DNA of 64,000 nt from Hemiscyllium ocellatum (taxonomy: Eukaryota), in the NCBI RefSeq assembly GCF_020745735.1, contig NC_083428.1:3348001-3412000 (forward strand), in the 5' to 3' direction. The position numbers and the translations under genes were made by a program. The notes under the pieces were generated by a model that made no database searches, was not told the origin of the DNA, and saw nothing but the letters and a program-made list of their open reading frames with translations. Shown piece after piece: positions 22,571-34,400 of the stretch; within the stretch, counting starts at the first letter, position 1, and each line of letters starts with the position of its first letter.

Positions 22571-23228
22571 GGCCGCTGAAGATGGGAGGGAGGCTCCTGC
22601 TGGCTCTGAACCTGAACCTGAGTCCGAGGCTTCAGGCCCAATGGAGCATCGACCCAGCACTCGCTCCAACCCCGAGGGCGCGGAGGACAGGCAGGATCCG
22701 CCCGGGCAAGGGGCGCAGGCCGGCGGCGGCAGTAGGGAAGGGGATGGAGAAGCCGGGACTGAGAGCCCAGGGACTGGGGGTAGGACCAGGAGCAGCCGCA
22801 GGAGGCCTCAGGAGCAGGAAGCCCAGGGTCACAGCCTGCCCCCATTCCAACCCCAACCCCAACCCCAACCCCAAAATCAAACCCAACCCCAAATACAACC
22901 ACAACCTCAACCTCAGCTCCAAACCCAAACCCAAAATCAATCCCAATCCCAATATCAAGGTCAAAGCCAACCCCAAAACCAAACCCAGTCCCTGCCCCAA
23001 TCCCAATCTCAAACCCAATTCCTGTCCAAGACCCAGACCTTGCCCCAGTCTCAAAGCCAGCCCCAGTTTCAAAACCAGTCGGCGACCACAGGGCAGCCTT
23101 CATTCCTGCCCCAATCCCAAAGTCAACCCCAATTTCAATCTCAACTCCAGCTACCAACACAATTCCAGAGCCAGGCCCTGTCTGAGACTCAGATCAAGAC
23201 TCCAAAAGTTAACTGCCCAGAGAAAGTG
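22563..23228 (+). CDS. BABAM1: BABAM1 (MERIT40) coding exon 1 with Q/P-rich expansion
   Basis: aagATGg context; TRSNPEGAEDR and QIKTPKVNCPEKV match MERIT40; donor GTGAGT. Confidence 0.9.
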
Positions 23229-24121
23229 GTGAGTTCTGTTGGGGTTGTATTTCAGGAACTCTTTGATTCACCAAAAGTAGCAGACATTGTAAATGGATGT
23301 AGGTTTGCTCTCTGAGCTGCAAGGTTCAATTTCAGGTGTTCTGTCACCATACTAGGTAACATCTGCAGTGAGCCTCTGGACAAAGCACTGCTGATGTTTC
23401 CTGCTTTCTATTTATATGTTTGGCTTTCTTTCGGTTAGTGCTGTCATTTCCTGTGGTGTCACACCTACGTCCAGAACTTCAACCTTAGCTACAAATCTTC
23501 TCAAAACTTGCTAAGATATTGTAGATGTTAAAAATGATCCTATGTCCTATCAAATGCGATTTATTGTTGATCAAAGGAACTTCAGCCATCAGAGATGTGT
23601 ATTATAAGATTTTAAAGTGTTGCCTTATTTATCTGAAGTAGTTGAGAGATAAGATCACAATCACTTGAATGATTTAGGCGGATTGTGGAATTTAGGCATT
23701 TTTTAGAAGAGAATTGAACTGAATGGATTATTCTGTCTGAAAATTCATGTGTTCTAGTTGTGTGCAGCAAGAGTAAGCTGAAGGTACACACTACTTTATA
23801 GGAGAGATGAAAGAAATAGATCACCTGGGAAATAGGCAAGAATAACTGGCAATCAGTATAGCACAGACATTAATTGGTAGTTATGTACTGGATCCTGATT
23901 GGAACTGTTGAGTTACACCTTTTTTTCCTGACTCAGTTCGAGATGTGGACTCACTAGCAGCACCCAAACCATGAATTACAACATAGTCTAAAATTCTTCT
24001 GTTTCCCTAACGGGTATTCTGTTTGGAGAGAGCAAGTTGAGCAGTATAGCAGCTGCTAGATAGAAGTCATAAACCATTCAGGTCTTTATGTCTGCTCCAA
24101 TCAATAAGATTATAATTGATC

Positions 24122-24415
24122 TGGGGCGGCACGGTGGTTCAGTGGTTAGCACTGCTGCCTCACAGCACCAGGGTCCCAGGTTCAATTCCAGCCTTGGGTG
24201 ACTGCCTGTGTGGAGTTTGCACATTCTCCCTGTTTCCTCCGGGTGCTCCAGTTTTCTTCCACTGTCCAAAGATGTGCAGGTCAGGTGAATTGGCCATGCT
24301 AAATTGCCCATAGGTGCGTTAGTCAGAGGGAAATGGGTTTGGTTGGTTACTCTTCAGATGGTTGGTGTGGACTTGTTGGGCCGAAGCGCCAGTTTCCATG
24401 CTGTAGGGATTCTGA
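24122..24415 (+). mobile_element. HE1-type V-SINE
   Basis: gggcggcacggtggttcagtggttagcactgctgcctcacagc head, V-domain and tail. Confidence 0.85.
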
Positions 24416-24634
24416 TCAATTCCCCCTTCCTATGTTATCCCATACCCCTAATTCTTTTCATCCCCAAAATTGATCAAACTCCGTGTTTAGGATACTCAAC
24501 AACAGAGAATCCATAATGTATTGATTAGGGAATTCCAAAGATTCATAATTTCTCCTCATCTTGGTGTTAATTTGTCTGAACTTTTATTCTGCGACCACTA
24601 ATTCTAGATTAGATTATTTACAGTGTGGAAACAT

Positions 24635-24872
24635 GCCCTTTGGCCCAACAAGTCCACACCGACCCGCCGAAGCGCAACCCACCCTTACCCCTACATTTAC
24701 CCTTTACCTAACCCGCACATCTTTGGACTGTGGGAGGAAACCGGAGCACCCGGAGGAAATCCACGCGGACACGTGGAGAACGTGCATACTCCACACAGTC
24801 AGTCGCCTGAGTTGGAAATTGAACCTGGGTCTCTGGCGCTGTGAGGCAGCAGTACTAACCACTGTGCCACCC
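24635..24872 (-). mobile_element. HE1-type V-SINE (inverted relative to the copy at 24122)
   Basis: Reverse-complement head and V-domain. Confidence 0.85.
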
Positions 24873-25985
24873 TTTCAGAGGTTCTCTATTCAGAGGGGCA
24901 CATCCTCCCAGTCTCCAATCTGTGAAGACTTTAAATATTTTGTTAGTTGGTGGTGGTATAGTGGTGTTATCAGTTTACTGGACAATTTAAGAGCAGTTTG
25001 GGATGGGCAATAACATTGCATTAAAGAATAAAACCAAAACAAGTGGCAAAAACAAAATACTGGGAGTGCTGAAAATTTGGAATAGAAGCAGAAAATGCTA
25101 GAAATACCTACCAGGTCAGGCAGCATGTATGGAGAGAAACATAAAATGATATTTCAGGTCAATGGAGACATCTGATGGAATTTCAGAGGCTGGAAGGTTA
25201 GAACAGATGTAAAACAGAGATGAAGAGGAATTGCTTCTCTCGAAGACGGTGAATCTATGGAATTCCCTCTCCCACAGTTTGGTCAACGCTGGGATACTGA
25301 ATAATTTGAGGGAGGAAATAGACAGATATTTAATTAGTGACCGGTTGAAGAGGGTTATGGTGAGTGGGCAGGAAAGTTGAGATGAGATCAGCCACAATTG
25401 TATTGAATGGTGGAGCAGGCTTGTGGGGCTGAACGGCCTCCTCCTGCTACTAAGTTCTTAAGTTCTGAAATGTTGATTCTGTTTTACACTTCTTAAGAAT
25501 ATTTCTAACATTCTTCTAAATATTCTAAATGTCAAAGAAAATAAATATGATGTGCAGTATGCAGGAAGGATGTTCATGATGGTGGAGAAGCCCAGAATCA
25601 AAGGTCATAGGATAAGGATAAACACTTTAGGACTAACGTGAAGAAAAATTTCTTCATCCTGAGAGTAGTGAGCCAGCAGAAGTCTCTTATAGAGAACGTG
25701 GTTGATACCAAAACATTGTGTTTTCAAGATGGGGGTAGATATAGCTCTTGTGGCTAAAGGGGTCAAGGGGCCATGATTATATTGAATGGGAGGGCAGGCT
25801 TGAGGGGTTGAATGGCCTACTGCTGCTCCTGTTGTCTACTTTTAGTCTCCTCTCTCATCACTTGTTCAGGGATTACTAGATGGGTGATTTGTTTGGGTTA
25901 CTCTAGTTGATTTGTGTGTCATTTATTTGCTTATTGCATGAAAAGGAAGAGACACACCTCCAGCTCCCTTCCATTCTCATTACAG

Positions 25986-26044
25986 ATCATCTGTTTGGAC
26001 CTTTCAGAAGAGATGTCACTGCAGAAGCTGGATTCGATGAATGG
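25986..26044 (+). CDS. BABAM1: BABAM1 exon 2 (IICLDLSEEMSLQKLDSMNG)
   Basis: tacAG acceptor, GTTAGT donor; vWA domain start. Confidence 0.95.
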
Positions 26045-28069
26045 GTTAGTCTGCTTGCTGTGAATACTTGAAGCCAATTAATGGACTCGCTGGAAAACAT
26101 GGAGTTGAGGGATGACCTCTTAGAGTTCTTTAACAGTATAGTAGTGTTTGATGGGTAAATTGTGGCAAGCAAAACTGCAGCTCATAAAACTAAAAACAAC
26201 TGGAAATACAACTTCTTTCCTAGAGAGCAGTGAGAATGTGGAAGAATCACAGAGAGCAGTCAGGGTGAATTGTATTAATATCCTAAGGGGAAATTGGGAA
26301 AGGAAGGGAAAAATATTTTAGATTTGTACAGTAGGAAGTTCATGTGGAGTATAACTGCCTTGTACTGAGGATCTTTTATAAGTCACATTGTGAAATGTGA
26401 TTTTGGGAATCAGTGTTCGTTATTTGATTGGTTTGTCCCATGTGAACTGGGAATGAAAGATTGTCATCAGATTGCATTGGATATGCGACACAAAGTCAGG
26501 CCATTCTGCCCAACCAGTTTGTGCTGGTGTTTATGCTCCATTTGAGCCTTCTGCCATCTTTCATCATCTAAACCCCCCCCCCCCCCCCCCCCCAATCCTA
26601 TATTCCCATCTCCCTCATAGGCTAGTCTAGCTCCTCCTTAAATGTATCTTCATTATTATTCCCTGAGATAGCAAGTTCCACTTTGTTGGCAATAATTGGA
26701 CGAACTTGATGGTATGTCTGTGTCCAGTGGTTTCTGGGCTGTAGAGTTTGATTCTAACCTAATCAGTGAAAACTTAGGTTTGACAACAGTTGAATTGGGC
26801 TGTGGGGTGAGTGTGCTGCCACAGGGGAAGGTAGTTTCAACAGTGTTTTACTGCAGAACTGGCTAAAGAGTGGAGCTATGATTAGGGTAGGTGTGGACTT
26901 GTTGGGCCGAAGGGCCTGTTTCCACACTGTATGGAATCTAATCTGGGGAAAGCAATTTAATATGGAACTGCTGTTCTGTGCTGGATCTGACTTCAAGTCT
27001 CTGGATATAAAGTTTTTTGGTTTTATTCTTGAGACCCCAACACGACAGATGCCAGTCGTTAGCCAATTTGTACCACTCCACAGAATAGCAAGAAACAGCT
27101 GAATATACGGAGTGCATCCAGGTTCTGGGCTCTGGAAATAACCTGGCTGTAATACTGAAGGGTTATGTACTCAAACTAGCTGTAGCTTTAGACAAGGTGT
27201 TCCAGTGCAGCTACAACGCTGTCTTGTATCTAACAAAGTTTTAAACAAATGCCCAGTTTATTGTCTTCAACAAGCAAGACAAATGCAATCGACAAACTAC
27301 TGCCCCTGTCAATTATTGACAGAGCCACAGTCACTAACAACCTGATAGACCCAAAACTGATTGTTGGCAGTCAGGATCTCATAGTCTTGGCTCGAACATG
27401 ATCAAAGAGCTGCATCCCAGGAGGTGATGAGTCTCTTCTTTTGTATCAAAGCAGCATTTAATCCAATGAGGCATCAAGAAATTCTAGTAACATTGTTATA
27501 GACATCACAGCAAGCTCTGTACTGGCTGGGGTGGCAGGTGGTGGTTGTTGGAGACCAATCATCTTGGATCCAGTGCATTGCTGTGTGAGTGGTTGAGATG
27601 CTTGAAGATTGCTGTAGATTCACCAATTTTCAGCTGCATTGTCAATGACCTTCTCTTGCCTCTCCAAAAGATCAGACATGGTGATGTTGCATCCAGCACC
27701 GCCCTGAATCTCTCTGATATTGAAACAATTTACCACACACAGCAAGACCCTGACTACACTCAGGTTCCGGCTGATAAGCGAGAGACAGAAGCTGATTCAG
27801 TAGTAAATTACAGGGCTGCATTGGATGGGTACTCAGAAGGGAAAAATGGGCAGAAAGAGAGGCACATGGGTAGCTCTTAAGAGAGATGTTATGATGGACA
27901 GATTGGCCTCCTGTTGAAACATTCTATAATACTGGTTAGGTTTACTGTGCCCTTGGCATAGTGAGGTTATTCGTCTGTGGAGGTGTTATTGGGCTGACTG
28001 TGATTTAAGATTGGGAGCATTGGATTAGATTGGATTTGATTTGGTTTAATTTATTTTTTGTCTATTCAG

Positions 28070-28190
28070 TTCAAAAACAAACGCATTAAACATTGCCCAG
28101 AAAATGATCGAAATGTTTGTCCGGACAAAGCACAAGATTGACAAACGTCATGAGTTCGCTCTCGTGGTGGTTAATGACGAGGTGACCTGG
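28070..28190 (+). CDS. BABAM1: BABAM1 exon 3 (SKTNALNIAQKMIEMFVRTKHKIDKRHEFALVVVNDEVTW)
   Basis: ttcAG acceptor, GTAAGA donor; near-identical to human. Confidence 0.95.
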
Positions 28191-28494
28191 GTAAGAACAA
28201 TGTACTGCTGTAAATTAGGGGAGGGATCAGAGAGAACTTGCACAATTGTACAAATCCCGAATGTAATCACCGTGGTATGGTCAACATTTAAATTCACCCT
28301 ATTGTTCAGAGCGCGATTCTCGGTCTGTCTCCCCCTGTTTGTGTATTGCTAAGATCAGGCCATAGGAAGGCTCAAGAATGAAACTAAATGCACAGAAATG
28401 GCTCAAGATCGTGTTACAATGCAGTATCTATGTCGTATACATTAGAAACATTCAGTATTTTCCTCCTTACTCATCCCCCTCTCTCACTTTTTAG

Positions 28495-28573
28495 TTGTCG
28501 GGATTTACTTCGGACCCTCGGGAAGTTTGTAGCTGCCTGTACGACCTGGATACAAATGTCTGTGAGTCCTTCA
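28495..28573 (+). CDS. BABAM1: BABAM1 exon 4 (LSGFTSDPREVCSCLYDLDTNVCESF)
   Basis: tttAG acceptor; followed by U12 donor GTATCCTTT. Confidence 0.95.
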
Positions 28574-29387
28574 GTATCCTTTTGTCACAGATCCCAAAAC
28601 TCCCGAGATGGAGTAAAATACTGCAGGCTGTTTACTTCAAACTCTCTCCAATTATGTATCCATTTAATGTGTAGACCGGAGGGCACACTGCTTCAGAATC
28701 CCCCGCTCCAGGATGCTATTTGCGTTATTATTATCAGGAACTCACTAAAGCGCAACCAGATAGCAAAGTTTTATATCGTGAAAATAATCTCCATTAGCGT
28801 GGATATAGTTCTGGCCTTCTGAACCTGGCTTCAGTCTGAAGAGAACATTTGCAATTTCCAATCACTGAGATTCATTACTTTTGGTTACAGGTCTGTCCCA
28901 GTATAACACTGGGGTACAGTACTGTGGGGACAGGTCTGTCCCTGTATAACACTGGGGTACAGTACTGGTGGGGACAGGTCTGTCACTATAACACTGGGGT
29001 AATAGTACTGATGGGGACAGGTCTGTTACTGTATAATACTGGGGTACAGTACTAGTGGGGACAGGTCTGTCACTGTAACACTGGGGTAATAGTACTGGTG
29101 GGGACAGGTCTGTTACTGTATAACACTGGGGTACAGTACTGGTGGGGACAGGTCTGTCACTATAACACTGGGGTAATAGTACTAGTGGGGACAGGTCTGT
29201 TACTGTATAACACTGGGGTACAGTACTGGTGGGGACAGGTCTGTTACTGTATAGCTCTGGGGTACAGTACTGGTGGGGATAGATCTAACATTGTAAAATG
29301 TGGATGCTGAATCTTTTGGACTGAATGGTCTGTTTCTGTTTTGATGATATATAATTCTTTGTTGTTTTCCTTAAAGTCTATTTTCAG
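28574..29387 (+). other. U12-type (minor spliceosome) GT-AG intron of BABAM1
   Basis: 5'ss GTATCCTTTT; branch site TTTTCCTTAAA at about 29365-29375, close to the cAG. Confidence 0.85.
28889..29280. repeat. 42-44 bp minisatellite (caggtctgtYactgtataacactggggtacagtactggtgggga), about 9 units
   Basis: Directly visible tandem array inside the U12 intron. Confidence 0.95.
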
Positions 29388-29412
29388 ATCTGGATGGACT
29401 ATTTAACCTCAT
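29388..29412 (+). CDS. BABAM1: BABAM1 micro-exon 5 (25 nt; NLDGLFNLI)
   Basis: ttcAG acceptor, GTGAGT donor; matches human NLEGLFSLI; phases fit. Confidence 0.9.
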
Positions 29413-30849
29413 GTGAGTGTTTGTGATTATGATGTGAAGTTTAGCTGAATATGGAATTTGTTTAGGTTTCTGCTGATCTTTTAGTTTTGTTCTGGTCTCT
29501 CTCATTATTTAAAAAGATAAACATTAGCTAACCTTGGAGCTTACTGATCGGTGTGGAATTAAATCTGGTTCAAGCTGACTTCAGATTAGGATGCTGCAAT
29601 TTGGTGGCTGAAGAAAGGGTCTTCCCTCAGAGATCATATGAGAGACAGGCTTGCATTTATGTAGCACCGTTCAGAACTTCAAATGAGTGTTGTAATGGAA
29701 GAGAAATAGCTGCAAGTTGTGGAGAACAATTGTTTAGGAACAACGGTATAATAATGATGGAGTGATGATGGTTTTGTGGTCATGTTATTGAGCTGGTAAT
29801 CTAGAAAGGGTCCTAAGGATATGCATTTAAATCCCACTGTCAACTGGTGAAATTTGAATTCATTTAACAAATCTAGTTTAATAAGTGTAAAGGTGACCAT
29901 GAAACTATCAGTGATTATTGTAACAACCTGTTTGATTCACTAATGTCCTTGCCTGGTCTGTCCCACATAAACAGGCAGCTGAGCAAACCAATCAGTTTGA
30001 AGGCATTTGGGGATGGGGAACAAATGCTAATAAAGGGTTACTGGACCAGAAATGTTACCTCTGTTTTCTCTCCATAGATAGTGCCAGACCTGCTGAGGTT
30101 CTCCAACAATTTGTTTTTGTTTCTGATTTCCAGCATGCGCAGGTTTTTGGTTTTATCTTTTACATTCATCTTTTTATTATCACCTGTGGGATGTGGGCCA
30201 GCATTTGTTTCCCATCTCTCAATGGTCTTGTAAAAGTGGGGTGAGTTGCCTCCTTGAACCGCTACTGTCCATTTGATGTAGGTACACCCACAATGACATT
30301 AAGGAAGCAGTGTTAGACAGGACATTTGTTTAATAATCATCTGAAAGGCAACGCCTTTGACAGTGCAGCACTCCCCTGCTATTATACTGGGTATTAGACA
30401 AGATTTTATTCTCTGGATGTGAGACGATAACTTCTACCTTTGGAAACTGGAGAGTGCTACCCATTGAGCAATGGCTGAATATGATGTATGAGGAAAATAT
30501 TAGAAGCAGGTTACCAGTCTTAACAAAACCCAATAGAGTGTCTAGTACAGCAGATACTGGAGAATGATGTTTCAGCAATGATTGCCTGCCTTTGATAGAG
30601 CCACATTTAGATTGAGAAGTCTACATGCTATTTGACATTGTTGTGTGGGAGTTGGAGAGGAAATCACAGCCAAACAGCTTAATTTCCCAATGTTCAGCCA
30701 ACTTGAGGAATAGGCCAAATTGAGACCATTGGTGGAGCTTTGACACTGTTGATCTGAGATCTACACTCTCTCTCACTCTCACACAGGACATTATCTACTT
30801 TGAGTTTATTACTTTGATCAAATCTTTTTTTAAAAATCTAATCCTGTAG

Positions 30850-30979
30850 ACAGCAGAAGATTGAGTTGCCAGTAACGGAAAATATTCAGACTATCCCACC
30901 ACCGTACATCATACGGATGATCCTGGTCTACGTTCGAACACCCTGCCACCTGCAGTCTATTTCCATCGAGCGACTCAAT
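30850..30979 (+). CDS. BABAM1: BABAM1 exon 6 (QQKIELPVTENIQTIPPPYIIRMILVY...RLN)
   Basis: tgtAG acceptor, GTGAGT donor; conserved. Confidence 0.95.
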
Positions 30980-31419
30980 GTGAGTAACAAAACAGTTTTC
31001 TGTTCCTGCTTGAACCTTGTTTTGTTCATGTCTCTGTTCCCACCCCAGTCACAGCCAAAATTTAGCTGAATGATGTTGGGACAGGGGCACCCACTTTCTG
31101 CAGCTTCACTCATGACCAATCTTCCTGAAAGAGTTCAAAAGGGAAACGTTAGTTATCTGGATGATGATCCTATGTATTTGCACAATCCTGCTGTATGCAT
31201 AGGTATGGTTGCCACCTTTCCCTTCGTTTGTGCATTTCAAATATACCTCATTAGCTGTGAAGTGCTTTGGGATTTCCTTGGTTAGCCACTTAGGACTTCA
31301 CACAGAGGGCTGTGAATCAGGAATTCTCTGCTTCAGTTTGCAGAAGGCACTGGATGCTCCATCCTTAATTGGATCCAAGACTGAGATCACTCGGGTCTTA
31401 GAAATAGGGTGGGAAAGTC

Positions 31420-34400
31420 AGTTAGAGGAACCAAGGGACCTTGGAATAAATACAGAAATCATTAAAAGAGCATAGCAAGACTGTTTTTAAAAAGTCTAAG
31501 CATTTTATTCTGAGAGGAATAGAATTGAAATGTAGGAATTGTGCTAATCTGAAATTCAGCCTTGTTTAGCCCACACTTGGATCCAGCGTGCAGTACTGAT
31601 ATGCAAAATGATACAGACGCACTAGAGAACGTGCAGAGAAGATTTACAAGGATGATAGCAGAAATGTGTGAGATTATGTATTAGGAAAGAATTAATATGC
31701 TGGGTGTCTCATCTCTTGAACTGAGAAGAACTTTGAAAGGTGACCTAATTGAGGTATATAGAATGATAGAAGGATTTGATGGATTGGAAATAAGGGAAAT
31801 GTTGTCTTTTACATAAAGAACAGAACTCAAGGCTGTCCATATACAGAGGACCCTTGATTATCCGAAGGACACAGGTGGGGAGTATTTTGTTTGGTTAATC
31901 AAATTCCAGATAATCAAATGCTGCATAACATAGTTTAGCTGAGCACCAGCACACTGTGATCTTGCTGGATAATCTAGGTTCCTCTGTAGGTAGTCCCTAA
32001 GAAATCTAATAGTGAATTCAGAAGAAAGTTCTTTATCTAAAGAGTGATGAGAATGTAGTTATTGTATTAATATATTTATGGGGTATGGAGAAGTTGGACA
32101 AGTCCATGAGGGAGCAGGGAATAAAGTCACACAGTCATGCAGCATGGAACCAGACTCTTCAATCCAACCAGTTCATGCCAGCCAAGTTTCCAAAACTAAA
32201 CTAGCACCATTTGGCCATTATCTCTCTAAACCGTTCCCATTCATGTACCTGTCCAAATAGCTTTTAAATGCTGTAACTGTATATGCATCCACCACTTCCT
32301 ATGGCAGTTGATTCCAAATACAAACCATCCTCTACATGAAAATGTTGCCTGTCCGGTTCCCTTTAAATTTTTCTCCTCTCACCTTTAAACTATGCCCTCT
32401 AGTTTTGAACTCCCTAACCCATGCAAAAAACCTTTGCTTTCACCCTATCCATGCTGTTCATGATATTATGAATTTCTATAAGGTCACCCGTCAACCTCCA
32501 ACGAAAAAGATCCAACCTATCTTTATAACTCAAACGTCCCATTCCTGGCGGCATCCTGATAAATCTTTTTTGAACCTTCTCCAATTTAATAATTCTCTTC
32601 CTGTAACAGGTTGACTAGAATTGTATCCAGTATTTCAAAAGAGGCATCACCAACATCCTCCACGACCTCAACATAACATCCCAACTCTTATACTCCAAGT
32701 CTGAGCAATGAAGACAAGCGTGCAAAACACCCTATGCACAATGATGCAAATTTCAGAGAATTATGGACCTGAACCCCTGCTCTCTCTATTCTACAATGAT
32801 ACTCAGGGCCCTATCGTTAATTGTATAAGTCTTGCCCTTGGTTATTTTACCAAAATGCAAAACCTCGCATTTACCCAAATTCAACTCCATCTGCCACTCC
32901 TCTGCTCATTGGTCCAATTGATCAAGATTTCTTTGTAATCTTGGATAACATCATGTCTACTCTCCCATCAATTTATGATGATGGATTGAGATGAGGAAAG
33001 ATGGAAGGAGGTCTGAGAGGAGCATAAACACCAGCATGGACTGGTGGGGCCAAATGGCCTGTTTCTGTGCCATGATGTAAAACAATGTTACCCTATATTG
33101 TGCACCAACCTTTTAAAAACTTCCCAAGAGACTGAATCTACAGTTGATTAGAATAAGATCCAATTTAGCCCCTTGACTTTGCATTATCATTCAGTTAGAT
33201 TAAAGCTAATTTGTAGCTCAACCTCATTTCTTTTCCTTGGTTTCATAAGTCTCAATATTTGTCTCCAACAACGTTCTTGTAAATTTTTGTTCCTTTCTTG
33301 TTATTTTCTTATTCCTTCTCCCCAGGTGTCAGTATTGAAACACTTGCCTTTGCTGTTATATTTTGTGAATGTGTTCTATGTTCTATGATTCACATCTTGC
33401 TGTGCAGGGGACAGTTCCAAAGTTTGTGGATAACACAGATCCTGGGGGAGTTGGAAACTCTGAGGACAGCAGTGTAGAACTTCAAAAGTTAAAAATCAAA
33501 CAATACCAGGTTATAATCCAACAGGTTTATTTGGAAGCAGTAGCTTTTGGAGCACTGCTCCTTTGTCAGGTAGCTGTCTAGCTTTATCACAGCTACCTGA
33601 TGAAGGAGCAGCGCCCCGAAATCTAGTGCTTCCCAATAAACCTGTTGGGCGAGAACGTAGTATTGTGTGATTTTTAACTTTGTCCCTACTGTTCCAACAC
33701 TGGCTCCTCCACATCAGAACTTCAAATGGACATTGGCAACTTGATGGAGTAGGCAGATTGATGTCAGTGCAGTTCAATGTGGAAAAATGTGAGGTCCAAG
33801 GAGTGTGGAGAGACACGGCAAGGGAATCCCTGATTTACGAATACCTGACTTACAAATGTTTGCACTTACAAAGGCCAACCTATATACTGCTTTTAAATTT
33901 GAAAAACCCAACATGTGAACATTTCCTGTACTTACGAACGGCATTTTTCCATTGTTCTGCATTGTGTTGACATGTGAACAAATTGATTTGTAAACGGGCT
34001 CCAGAATGTTTTTAAAAGATTCGGCAGAAGCAAAGAGTTTTGGATAAATATGTAGTTAAAGGGCCCAGGCGGTAGAGAGAGCTGTTAGCAAAACACAGTA
34101 TCCTAGGCTTCATAAATAGGGGCAGAGTCACACCGGGTATCTTTGAAATCACAGGCTTTCGGAGTGCTGCTCCTTCATCAGATAATTAGGGATATGGTAG
34201 ACACAACCAGGAAGTTATGGTGAATTTATATCGGACACTGGTTAGACCTCAGCTGGAGTTTTGTGTACAATTCTGGGCATACATTGTGTGAAGGATGTGA
34301 ATGCATTGAAAATGTGCAGGAGTGGTTTTAGAGAAGAGTTGCTGGGATGAACAACTTCATGAGGAAGGATTCAAGAAGTGGGACTTGTTCTCCTTGTAAA

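Noticed and set aside
22336-23160. Antisense Gly-rich 274-aa ORF
   Set aside because: Shadow of the BABAM1 hexamer repeat, with no independent support.
24122-24195. tRNA gene
   Set aside because: It is the tRNA-derived head of a V-SINE, followed by the V-domain and LINE-like tail. The same holds for the other copies.
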